Assembly: GCA_051294375.1 (NCBI GenBank) | Contig: CM119264.1 | Coordinates: 28,624,696-28,688,695, forward strand | DNA: 64,000 nt | DNA from: Paraspadella gotoi | Taxonomy: Eukaryota > Animalia > Chaetognatha | Reading direction: 5' to 3' | Part shown: piece after piece, positions 1-13,849 of the stretch | Numbering within the stretch: position 1 is the stretch's first letter | Layout: each line of letters starts with the position of its first letter | The notes under the pieces: generated by a model | The model's database searches: none | The model's input: only the letters and a program-made list of their open reading frames with translations | What the model was told of the DNA's origin: nothing | Translations under genes and position numbers: made by a program

Positions 1-1265
1 GGGGAAGGCAGCGGGTTGCGTTCGTCCATCTCGTTTTTGATTTTGTCACTGGAAGATTGTTTATCTTCGGGGTGTGTGTGTGTGTGTGTTTTTTCGGTGT
101 CACCAACGGAAATTGCCGATTTTGCCGATCGTTCTTTTTTCTCCCGAAGAAATCTATTCCTCGCTTCCGCCCTCTCAGCGTCCAACTCTTCCTTCTTTTT
201 CGCCTCCACTGCCTCTAGTTGACGTCTTCGTTCCAGGTCGGTTTGATTCTGCGGCCGTTTCGGCGGCTGTTGTTTGACGAGTTCGCGAAACTGACGAAGA
301 TGTTTTTTAAGGAACTCGGAATCTCGATCCGTCCGTTCGGGCGACGGTTCGGTGGCGTTCGACTCCGGTCGACCCGTTAAGTTTTCGATGTCCCTAAAAT
401 CTAAAACCTTTCGGGTTTCCGTCGGTTCGATTTCATCGCGATCGTTTCCTCTCTCAGTCGGACTCTTGTTCCGATTTCGGTGACTTTTGTCGTTGATCCT
501 TTTGTCTTTTTCGGCGAAATTCGTCGAGTCGTTTTCCGTAGCCTCGTTTTCGATTTCGTTATCTTTTGTCACCGATTCGTTTTCGGTGGAAGCATTGTTG
601 GGCGACGACCCCGGTTGGTAATGACCTTTTCCTCGCTGGCCCCGAGTTTTTTGATGAGCGCGCGATTTAAAACTCTTTCTCGAGTCGTAATCCCGATTAT
701 TGGAGTAAGTCGGGTGATTTTGATGCGGAGGATAAGGTGGGTAAGAGGGATCGGGTGGGTAGGGAGGATAAGGATGATGAGGCCGTTGAGAATACTGATG
801 ATTCGGATACAAAGGGTATGAATGATGCGCTGATTGCGTGCTTTTCTGAAAGTATCTCGTTTGCTGATAGACTCTTTGGCCCCTTCGGTCGTCGTTGTGC
901 CTCAACCGGCCGCGGAACGTCCCACGGCCTCGCCAATTCACCGCTGCATCACGCAGGGGATCGCCAGTTGGTCCTCTTCCCGAAAAGCGTCGGTTATCGT
1001 TTCGACTCGAGTTGTTTTCGCCACGCGAAGATGTCGCGATCTCCGGCTCGGGAGATAGAGAGGGATTCAGCGGATCGTCAGTCTTTGGCGCTGACGCATC
1101 CTCGGGCGTGGCGTCGCCTTTTTCGCGATCGAAGCGAACCTGGCGGCGAAAGCGCCCCGAGTTTTGGGAAGGAGCGTCTCGAGAAAACCTGGCCTCGCGA
1201 CGGAAGGGACGATTTCGTCTCGCGTTTCTCGCCGCGCTCTCTTCTCCGCGTTCAACCACTTCCAT
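1..1265 (-). CDS. Partial (runs off left edge) low-complexity protein, >=421 aa, Arg/Gly-rich, YPP-rich, ending in a coiled-coil-like segment; function unknown
   Basis: Hand translation from ATG at 1265 is stop-free to position 1 (MEVVERGEES...NWRGRGTFRGR...HPYPPYPPDPSYPPYPP...LERRRQLEAVEAKKKEELDAERAEARKRF). Absent from the ORF track, probably because it has no stop in the window. TTTTCAG acceptor near 1349. Confidence 0.6.
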   Translation of the reverse strand, partial: MEVVERGEESAARNARRNRPFRREARFSRDAPSQNSGRFRRQVRFDREKGDATPEDASAPKTDDPLNPSLSPEPEIATSSRGENNSSRNDNRRFSGRGPTGDPLRDAAVNWRGRGTFRGRLRHNDDRRGQRVYQQTRYFQKSTQSAHHSYPLYPNHQYSQRPHHPYPPYPPDPSYPPYPPHQNHPTYSNNRDYDSRKSFKSRAHQKTRGQRGKGHYQPGSSPNNASTENESVTKDNEIENEATENDSTNFAEKDKRINDKSHRNRNKSPTERGNDRDEIEPTETRKVLDFRDIENLTGRPESNATEPSPERTDRDSEFLKKHLRQFRELVKQQPPKRPQNQTDLERRRQLEAVEAKKKEELDAERAEARNRFLREKKERSAKSAISVGDTEKTHTHTHPEDKQSSSDKIKNEMDERNPLPS

Positions 1266-1568
1266 TAAACATGGAGATAATGAGTTCCCGCGATTTTTGA
1301 TTAGGTTTTTTCTACCGAAGGTTTTAAGTTTAATGACAAACGTGCACTGAAAACCAGAATCGATGGGAGGGGGGAGGGAGATGGGGTTACAAACTCATAG
1401 GTACAAACTAGGAAATCAATGCTAATCCAGCTGTCAACCTGCGGGTAATTTCGGCGAATGTTTTTTTTCAAAAAACTGACCGGGAAACCTCAACGATTGG
1501 AGGGAGTCGGGAGGGAGGGAGGGAGTATACGTGAAATATTCCCGCACAAACAACACGAATTACTTCCC

Positions 1569-3088
1569 CGTGTCCGTTCGCGAGTGACACCAACAAAATG
1601 CATAGCATTTCTTATTGGATAATTATTTTTACAATTTTCTTTTTTCATTCGATAACAAAGTACTGGACGTTTATTATATTTAATTTTATAAGATTAATTT
1701 GATATTTACTTATGTAAAACGAACCTTCTTTAATAGTCATCCAATTTCATTTTCAGGAAAAAACTGAAACTGAAACTAATTGGACGAATTGTATAAAAAA
1801 AAACTTAAGATTTACAATTACATGGTGACAATTTTACAAGCGCCGGTAAAAAACGCTGTCATTTGCAAACCACTGGTTATTTCATAAATTTTAAAAATTA
1901 ATTGAGTAGAAAATATTAAAGTCATTTATGTGTTCAAATTTTATATTGATCAGTTAAGATATGCCTTGACAATGAGTGGAGAAAGTTGGCTGGTAAAATC
2001 GGGTTTAATTTTCTAACTCACTCAAATTCTTTTTTTTTTCAACTTTTAACACTTTTTAAAACGAAGTATTTATTAAGATATTAAAAATATTAATATCCTC
2101 AGAAAGCCCTTAAAAAAATGAAGAGAATGATACACTTACGAAAGCTCAAACATAAAAATTAAACTGCCTAGCCTTGGTTCAATTAAGAGAATCAAAAGTT
2201 AATTATCTGAAATTTTAAATCTTTTTTAAAATATATGACCTGTTTAAATTATTATAACATAAAATATTATTATTTATATAAGTATCATGAAAGAGCCTGA
2301 AAAAAAGAGATTGAAGATAACCAATCAAAATTTGATAAACTTTAATTTACCCTCCAGCTATTGATTTTTGGAAAGATGTCTTGTTTTTAAATATCTTAAT
2401 TAAATTAAAGCTGGGCCAGTAAAATTTTTTACTACAGTATTTATAAGTATGTCATTCTCTTTAGATTTGAAAGGGCTTTCAGAAGATAATAATATTAATA
2501 TTATTTTATTTCAAATTTCTTCAGAAAACTTACTGAAAGTAAGAGAAAAAAATTGAATCTAAATTGGAAAATGAAACCCGATTTTACCAGCCAACTTTCT
2601 CCACTCATTGTCAAGGCATATCTTAACTGATTAATATAAAATTTAAACACATAAATGACTTTAATATATTCTATTCAACTAATTTTTAAAATCAATGAAA
2701 TAACCACTGGTTTGCAAATGACAGCGTTTTTTTACCGGCGCTTGTAAAATTGTCACCATGTAAAAAAATAAATTAAAAATCATTACTCAGAAATTACTCA
2801 ACATTACGATAATTCAGATATGCCATTTATTAAACCATTAATAAGGATTTCTTATGATGTAATTTTTTTAAATTCAAACAAGAACACGCCTAAAATAGTC
2901 TTTTTTCGACAATTTTACTGTGTTAGATAAAAAACTAAACAGAATAGTAAATTAATTAAACACGAAAAAAACTTATACATAAAAAACGTCCAGTAGTTTT
3001 CCGACTAATGATATACTTATAAATTATATTTATTAAGTATAGTATAGTATAGTAAATATTTTTTTTGTGTCACTCGCGAACGGACACG
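1569..3088. mobile_element. Putative non-autonomous DNA element with 22-bp terminal inverted repeats; hosts a nested MITE
   Basis: Perfect IR CGTGTCCGTTCGCGAGTGACAC at 1569-1590 and 3067-3088. Second IR pair TACTGGACGTTT at 1661-1672 and 2984-2995. No clean target-site duplication seen. Confidence 0.5.
1821..2760. mobile_element. 940-bp MITE, Tc1/mariner-like (TA target duplication), ~190-bp TIRs
   Basis: TA|CATGGTGACAATTTTACAAGCGCCGG... at 1821 mirrored by ...CCGGCGCTTGTAAAATTGTCACCATG|TA ending at 2760. Arms ~1821-2010 and ~2570-2760. No ORF. Confidence 0.8.
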
Positions 3089-3964
3089 AGGTAAGGCACT
3101 GACGGTGTATATATATACTAATTTTAAAGAGATTACGTCTCGCATTACGAAAAAGAAAGAGAAAGAGCAAAATGTTTTTTTAAATGAGAGAAAAAAAAAT
3201 AAAATCGATTTTTTGAAATTCATTCACTATCAATAGGGGTAGCCGCACTCAATGGGATGAGTCAAAAATTTAGAGTGAGTACATGCTCAAACGAATATTT
3301 AGACATTTTTAAGAATACTTTCAATGGACAAAAAATTTCTAATATGGCTCTATACCCTAGTAATTAATTTTTTAATATTTATTTATAGATAGGAAAGGCC
3401 AAAAATTTTTTTTCTAAATTTTAAATTTTAAGACCAGATTCAGATAGCTCATAAAAAGTTGTCTACACAAAGTATGATTCTTTTTTAAATATTTTTACGA
3501 TAAGGGTGTCAAAAATAAGAAAAACTGTAAAAAATCATCATCATCATCATCTTTCGATGATTTTATCAGTTTTTTTATAATTTCACTTAGAAAATGTAAG
3601 AATTTTTAAAAGCTGTAATTATATTTCTTGCTTAACTTTTTATGCTCTATACGAATCCATCAACAAATTTTAAGATTTAAAAAAAAATTTTTTTGCTCTA
3701 TATAGTAATATAATATTTTTAATTAGGTTAGTACCCTCAGAAGAAAGCATTTTTGACAAAAAATATTTTAATACCATAATCTATGGTCATGATAGATTAT
3801 TTTAATGCTGTATACATTAGCATTTAAATTTCATCGGCTATGGCTACTATCAACGAAAGCCAAACTTTACTAGTTCTAAACATAGAATTAAATACTCTAA
3901 AGAATTAACTAACTGAGCTTTTGTAATGAAATTGGTACATCTACGTCTTCCACTTCAAGGACGG

Positions 3965-7100
<3,136 letters not shown>

Positions 7101-7515
7101 CTCGATCCAATTTATTAGTCTTCTTCCGAAGTGTGGAGCAAATTAGTTTCTGATCGAAATTTGAAAAACTATCTCTTCTCGTCCATCGTGCATTTCCGAC
7201 AATGTTAAAGATGACTTTTATGATGAAGTTTCGGGGACTCGTTCGCCGTTTTCGCTTTTATCCTCACGGGGATCATTTTTCTGGATTTGCGACAAAGAAA
7301 GTCTGTAAAAATAGTGGGAAAAAATAGAATAGAAAATAGAAAACTTCATAATAAACGATAGAATATAAAAATAACAAAATAGTGTGTAAAAATATTGCAT
7401 TTTCCGCCAAGAAAAACTGGAAAAGGATGGCTGCATTCTAAAGTCACGAGTCGCAGCTAATCCCATATATTTTAGCATTCATGCGATAGAGCAGCATCGA
7501 TCTTCAGCGGCAGCA

Positions 7516-10001
7516 TCAGTTTTCATCGGCAGCAGCGGTGGAAACGGCGAAAGGTTTTTCCACTGGAATAACTCCGCAATCGTCGATAACAACCTAGAAA
7601 GAGTAACAATTTCCTCATTGCTGGTTCTCATTACATCTCATCGAATTTACTTTTTCTTGAGGAACGTCCTTATCGTTTGTTATAACTTGCTCAACTTGAC
7701 GGACGACTTGCATCCCTAAAATGGAAACTGGAAAATGAGCAACTTTGCCCCACACAGACTGACGAAATCGAATGCTATACATATATGGTAGTGCGGGGTA
7801 ATTCGAAACACTTTTTTCGCATAGCAAACATATTTGAAAAAAAAAATACTGGTAATATATCTAGGAAAGTGTTCCCGTACCAGATTGATGTAGTCGTTTT
7901 TATCGTGCGGCCCCTAGAGGTCGCATTTTTTTTTTAAATTGCAAAGTGTTCCGTTTTACCCCACCCTGGGGTAATTCGGAACACTTAATAAATTATAAAT
8001 ATTTTTCATAATATTAAGGAAAATAAAAATTAAAACACTATTATTAAGTGCATAGATCCTTTCATGGCTAAATTTTACTTTCGCCGACCGCGGTTTTGAA
8101 AAACCACTTAAAAATACTTATTTTTTTTTAAAATTTAAAAAAAATATTACTTAATTACCTTAACCCTAAAGCTTATTAACCCTAACCACCACTAACCCTA
8201 AACCACCCCTAAAACACCTTTACCCCTAACCCCGGTCGGCGAAAGTAAAAGTAACCCGCCTTTTCATTAATGTTTTGTCTAAAAAATTTTAAATTTTATA
8301 TTCCGAAGTGAATAAAATGATTTTTATTACTATGTTCTCACTTTTGACAAATTATTGAATAACAGTAGATACGAAATTTGCATTTATTTTTTGATTTATA
8401 GTATTTTTGACAAAGTTTTTTTTATTTCCTACCATTACTGCATTTCGTCCCCATATTCTTTTCCATTTAATATTGGTTTTCACTTTATTTTTTTATTTTT
8501 AATATTATTTTTTTCTTATTATTTGTATTTATAATTTGTATTTATCTTTTTAAATTTTATTTTATTCTTTACTTCCATTTCCTAATATTTTTATTAATAT
8601 TAATTTTATTTTAATTTCACCTTATAATTTTATAACCTTATTTAGGCATTAAATTCCATTCAAAACTTGTTTATATTTTTAGGGCTTAAAATATATTTTT
8701 TTAATATAATATTACTATAACAATTTTTTTCGCCTAATTATTCCACAAATGTTGCTAACTGTTATTATTATTTAGTAAATTATTACTAATCCGTTAAAAA
8801 AAGCATATTGGGTAACACAGGTGTTCCGTTTTACCCCAATTTAATTGTAGCTATGTAAAAAATAATTAAATTATTTTTTCGAAATGAACTCTACAATAAT
8901 TAAAAATTAGTAGTCTCATCTATCAGGTCAGGTCAGGGGCAAGATAGCTTGTTTATTAAATGAATGGATAATTTTTATATTGGTTGTACCAATTTCATAT
9001 TATTATTCCATATTCATATTACGTGAAATATGACTGTGACAGAGGGTTGAAAACGACTACTCCAAGACTAAATTTGACTAGCAGCAGCAGCGGAATGTTG
9101 TAACTTTAATTTTGGAATGTCAAGTTGGTGAAATATTTAATGAACCCAAAAAAGTTTAGTTCACAATTATATTATTTCAGAATTACCCCGTACTACCCTA
9201 CAAGATACGTTAAGTTCACCTTTTAGCACTTTTCCAAAAGTAGTGTGGGTGGCATCAAGCCATGGACAGTTCGTGAAAGTTATGTAGAACTGACATCCGT
9301 TGGTATCGCGACCAGCGTTGGCCATCGCGACCCAACCTTTAATTTTAATACAAAAAGTTTAAATTTTTTAATTTAGAAAAAAAAGAATTTACCTCAACGT
9401 CAACGAAAAAAAACAAAACAATTATTTATTTCTTATTCCAAACAACCACTTTTCCAAATTAACTTTTAAAACAATGTTATCATTAGACATTGAACCTGAG
9501 CCATAATGTTTGACGATGAAATTTTCATCGGGAAATCTTTCTCCGTAAATACTAATGCTGCCTGTTCCATCTCCATTCAGGACGTCGCCACCCTTGTAAA
9601 AGATTTATAAATTGATACAAGATGTATAAATTATATGATATTCGATCGAGGTTAAACCAAACCTGCATCATGAACCCTTTTATGACTCTGTGAAATGATG
9701 AGCCCTTGTAGGTCAGACCCTCAACGGTTCCCGCGGCAATCGTTTCAAAATTGTGAACAGTTTTCGGGGAGGTGTTGCCAAATAGCCCGATTTCAATGCG
9801 ACCTTAATGACAAAAATGAGCATTTAACCAAGTAACTCAAAAGTGTGCGAGTATATTTTATAGCGACGGAAGAAACAACTCACCAGTTTTGCGGCCTCCA
9901 ATGGAAACATCAAGAAAAACTTTGGAAGTTACAAGAGTATCGCTTCCAAATGCAGGTAGTTCAAGTAACGATATAAAAAGACAATAAAATAGAAGCGTCA
10001 T
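7516..10001 (-). CDS. PPIB: Secretory-pathway cyclophilin (cyclophilin B-type peptidyl-prolyl isomerase)
   Basis: Exons 10001-9884, 9802-9663, 9592-9496, 9336-9220, 7715-7651, 7593-7516. Signal peptide, then [91 protein letters not shown]. Confidence 0.93.
8073..8250. mobile_element. Short IR-bounded element with TAACCC-rich core (copy 1)
   Basis: Perfect 17-bp IR TTTTACTTTCGCCGACC (8073-8089) / GGTCGGCGAAAGTAAAA (8234-8250) around degenerate TAACCCT repeats. Related copy at 32548-32744. Confidence 0.6.
8925..9000 (+). repeat. Dispersed repeat family A, terminal copy ending in ATTGGT-TGT-ACCAAT hairpin
   Basis: GTCAGGGGCAAGATAGCTTGTTTATTAAATGAATGGATAATTTTTATATTGGTTGTACCAATTTCATA recurs at ~20430, ~20920, ~38975, ~39170, ~45650 and ~48650. 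Confidence 0.75.
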
Positions 10002-10720
10002 TGTCAATTGTTGACTTTTTGATGGAATTGAAAACTTGTTAAATTTTTCTCTGTGAAAAATTAAAGGAAACAAAAAAATCCCCGAATAATAATAAAATAA
10101 TAATAATAGAGTTCAAGATATTTTTCAAAAAAAATTTAAATGTCAATAAGATCCAATTGTGAAGTCAAATTGTAAGAGCCATTGAACTGGTGAACTTTTT
10201 TCCCGCTGATGGAAGATAAAAAATCTTGCGAAGACTTCTTGATAAAGTCCCTCAAATTTGCAATAGCATAACACTTCCTGATCTCAAAATTTATCAAAAA
10301 CAAGCGGGCGGTGAGGGACAATTCACTCCCAAGAATTAAAAAAATATTTTATTCAATTAATACTAGTTAAGGAAGAAGTTGTGAAGTTCTTTGCAAGCTG
10401 GGAAGGGAACGCTTCTCTCGTCACGTACTCTATAGGCGAGAATTGTCGAAGCGCAAGAAAACTTCCAGCGTAAAGTTAAAGCGAAAAAATAGCTTGGGGT
10501 TCTTCGCGGGAAAGTTGGCTCCTGCGCCGTAGTCAAACGACAAATGCTGCACATAAGAATTGTCAATTGATTCGGCTTACTCTGAAACGTTACACATTAC
10601 ACAATCAATTTTTATTAAAAACTAACTGAAGTCTACAATTTTCAATTAAACTAACAAATTCGAATAAATATGAGTTTCCCGGGAAGGGGGGTCTTCTTCG
10701 AGTCAATTTATCTCTCTTCG

Positions 10721-11663
10721 TCATTGTATTTCCCACGAAAAAAAATCGTTTTCAATACGAAATTCGTAGATCTGGAAACAAGAATCAATTGTTACACGTC
10801 CACCGATTAACTCGACCAGAATTCGAAAACCGACCTTGGCGTAAAGTCTCGAGATCGCGGGAGGAATGTTTTGCGGGCTTGGTACGCAAATGGTGACGCT
10901 TCCGGTCGAGAATATCCGCAAAAGCGCCTTTAAGTCACGGCAGCGGAAAGCGGCACCGGGATGAAGTTCGGGCTCAAAGTCAACCTCCTGAAAAAAATGG
11001 CCCAACGCTCTTGGGTATGACTTATTTACTGTAATGACTATGGAACTCCAACAACCAATCTTGCCACAATCACTTTGGGGTATTTCTCGGCGAACTTATG
11101 AATCCTGACGCCGAAAGGAAAAACACAGGTAGCGAGGACATTCGTGACGCGGAATCGTGCGAACCGAACTTTGTAACCGAGTTTCATTAACATGCGACCG
11201 ATTCGCCGGCAACCTTATTTCGGAAAAAAGTGAGCATTTTTTTTTAATATTCAACTACGAAATAATTGATTAAAAATATAAAATGATGAAATAAAGCTGG
11301 ACCTTTCTTGGCTTCTTCCTCAGAACGAGCGCCCGCGATGGAGACTTTTCCCGATCGCCAGATGGAGCCAGTGATGAGCGGAGAGCGGAGACGAATTAAA
11401 ACGACCTCCCTTTCCGGGCAATACTGGGTATTCCACAAATTTAACGTTACTTTTCGCAGATCGAGGTGGCAACACACTGTAATAACGACAAAAGCCCTTA
11501 ATATTCGAAAGGGGAATGGGCAATGAACCGCCAGCTCAACAGTAAACGTTATACCAGCAAACGAGGCAACGACGTTGTTGATGTAAACATCCAACGGAGG
11601 TGCTGTTTTCTTAAAATTGGAATTTCCAAAGAAATTCAATGATTGATTAGTTTGTAGATTCAT
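10721..11663 (-). CDS. TBPL1: TBP-like factor TRF2/TLF
   Basis: Exons 11663-11555, 11476-11303, 11213-11074, 10987-10835, 10771-10721, all phase-consistent. LDVYINNVVASF, CHLDLRKV, LRSPLITGSIWRSGKV.IAGARSEEEAKKG, VTNVLATC.FPFGVR, FEPELHPGAAFR...LRIFSTGSVT match the TLF/TRF2 subtype rather than TBP. Last-exon frame is less certain (homopolymer). Confidence 0.9.
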
Positions 11664-11793
11664 TGGACTAGATCTTTTAAAAAAAACGTTACACGATGAG
11701 CGAAAGGTCGACAAATCAATCACAATGTCGCGCACGACCTAATGTTTATTATAATATATAGTTGAATAAAAACACTTGGTAACAGTTCGATTT

Positions 11794-13466
11794 TCAAAAA
11801 ATGACTTGCTCTCTGAAATGCTTCTGCAACTTGTTGGCTTTGACCCCGAGGCGCATGTGGCTCTTTTGGAAGGCGTTTCGGGCAAAGGTTTCGTCCTTGG
11901 CCTTGACTTTGGCGGCTTCGCCAGTCGAGCCCGTCCAACCCAGAGCTCTATAATGCGACAAAAGCTTTTGCACAGCCGTTCTTTGCTTCGAGACGACGGC
12001 GTTATGGAATCTTGGAGGACAAAAAAGGAGATACGATGGTGATACGCGGGTTCGAGAAACAACTTCACATTAAAGAATCGAACCTTGGATTGAGCGATTG
12101 TCGATAGTAGCGCTGCAAGGAACGATGTCCGACCGTTGCGCCGGAGGGAAGAACCAGTTGATATCCATCACCATCTAATTCTTCGATCGATAAATCGTCT
12201 TCTGAACAGGAATCTAATAATATTTTTACCATAATCGTATCTTAAAAATAATAATAATAATAATAATATTCAAATATTTAGAAGCGCAGTGGCGAACCTT
12301 CAGTAGTACCACATTCCACCTCCATGTCCGTATCAACGGTTTTCTCGGGATTGTAGTCAGGATAACTTGGTCGGTAGTCGTAATAGTCCGAATATTCTAA
12401 AAAAGCGTCACCTGATCCAACGAAATAAGTTAAAAGAGGACAACATTTTAACAGTAGTCACCGCCATTACCTTCATGAAGCATTTTTGTGTGTCCCTTGT
12501 CTTGCATATGCTTCTGAGCGGCTTCCACACTCTGAAAAGCCTTCCCCTTTTCGTTGCACCAAAGGCAGAGAAATCCACAGCCGACTTTCTCGCCAAGGTA
12601 AGTGAGAAGCCCCGCGGGATCCACGAGGTATTCCAGATCGGGAATGAAAAAGCTGTGGGTCGTGGACATGTGCACCAGGTTGTCTTCGACCGACTTGAAC
12701 TTCTTGCAGCAGAACAAACAGGTCAGGTTCGAAAGGGGCTTTCCCCCGCCCCACAAAAGACCGTCGTTATCTCCGTCAAGCCCTTGGTACGGGATGGGAA
12801 AAGAAACTGGTATTTCTAACAAAAGTAATTGAGAAATAAAATTTCAATAAAAAAAAAAAAAAAACAAGGAATGAGACTTCGCTTACCTTCCTCCGCGTCC
12901 GCCTCCTCTCCCTCGTCCTCATCCAAGCTTTCCCAACCTTCTTCGTCTTCATCTTCTTCCTCCTCCATCTCCTCCTTGGCCGCCTTTATCGCGGCGACCC
13001 TCTCCTTCGGTCCCGGACCCCGCCTCCTCTTCGCCTCCACCGAAGATTCCGACTTCTTGGCCACGATCACCACCGCTTCGTCCGCTCCACGTTTGGCCGC
13101 CGCCTCCTTGTGCTTCTTCGATTCGAGATGACTGCGCAAGGAATTGTCGGAGGCGAAGGTCTTGGAGCAAACTGCGCAGCGGCTCGCGGTGGACGAAGTC
13201 GTTTCGGCCTTAGACTCCTTGATAAGTTGGTCGGTCTTTTCGACGAAAGCCTTGAGAGTGATTGAAGGCAGCGAAACCACTTTGCGCTTGAGGTTGTATC
13301 TGGAAATCGGGGTTGACAAAGGAGTTAACTAATGCGCACTTAACCTCTGAAGTAGTTTGTGGGCTAACCTGTGCCATTCCGACTTGTAATGGAGTCTTTG
13401 TTGATCCCCAACGTCGAATTGGACTCGACAAGTGACGCAGGTAAACATTCCGCCGCCGGTTAACAT
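11794..13466 (-). CDS. ZNF622: ZNF622/REI1 pre-60S maturation zinc-finger protein
   Basis: About six exons: 13466-13369, 13299-12887, 12815-~12460, ~12400-12298, ~12213-12084, ~12015-11794. FTCVTCRVQF..QRLHYKSEWHRYNLKRKV, CAVCSKTF..LRSHLESKKH, CLFC..LVHMSTTHSFFIPD..YLGEKVGCGFLCLWCNEKGK, LVLPSGATVGHRSLQRYYRQ, YRALGWTG, HFREQVIF*. Confidence 0.93.
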
Positions 13467-13513
13467 TTTTTTTTCTCGACGACCCTTTGGCTCAAAGCTT
13501 TGATTAAAAATGT

Positions 13514-13768
13514 CTAATTGGAGTGCAAGAACCCGGCCTTCTTCAAAAGAAAAGGCGCCAACTGCAAAGTGATGACTGTGACGGCGAATTGCGTGAGGCT
13601 TCGCTTCACTTGGGACAATGCCAATCGGTTTTCGGCTTCCGGGTCGGACAGTGCTGTGAATAGAGGATGGGAACATGCAAGCTTGACAAAAGACCGCGAA
13701 ACAAATGGTTTTCTCATAAACATGAACAAAACTCAAATTTACGAACCTTTTTGTCCGATGCGAAGCAT
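13514..13768 (-). CDS. TOMM5: Mitochondrial import receptor subunit TOM5-like microprotein (53 aa, two exons)
   Basis: Exon 1 13768-13747 (AAAAG|GTTCGT), 93-nt intron, exon 2 13653-13514 (TTCACAG|). Product MLRIGQKALSDPEAENRLALSQVKRSLTQFAVTVITLQLAPFLLKKAGFLHSN resembles metazoan TOM5 as recalled (M.RI...DPEE...V..S...F...V..L...PF.LKK). Confidence 0.75.
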
Positions 13769-13849
13769 AATTTAACGTGTCTAAAATGATAAAAACGAAA
13801 GAATCAATGGCAAACAATTAAAAAAAAAATACATAGTTCATGTCATTAA

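Larger units (their letters stand above)
7791..9193. mobile_element. 1.4-kb non-autonomous DNA transposon (Tc1/pogo-like, TA target duplication) filling most of PPIB intron 4
   Basis: TA|GTGCGGGGTAATTC at 7791 and GAATTACCCCGTAC|TA ending at 9193. Internal copies of the GGGGTAA..CGGAACAC motif at ~7946-7985 and ~8821-8838. Confidence 0.7.

Noticed and set aside
3067-3125. GAG|GTAAGG after a small hairpin, as a spliced-leader exon
   Set aside because: It is the end of the 22-bp terminal inverted repeat, GC-rich, and has no proper Sm site.
10645-10724. ATGA stop-start overlap after TBPL1 giving a 25-aa ORF (MTKRDKLTRRRPPF...)
   Set aside because: Very short, no homology recognised, and it depends on the uncertain homopolymer frame of the TBPL1 last exon.
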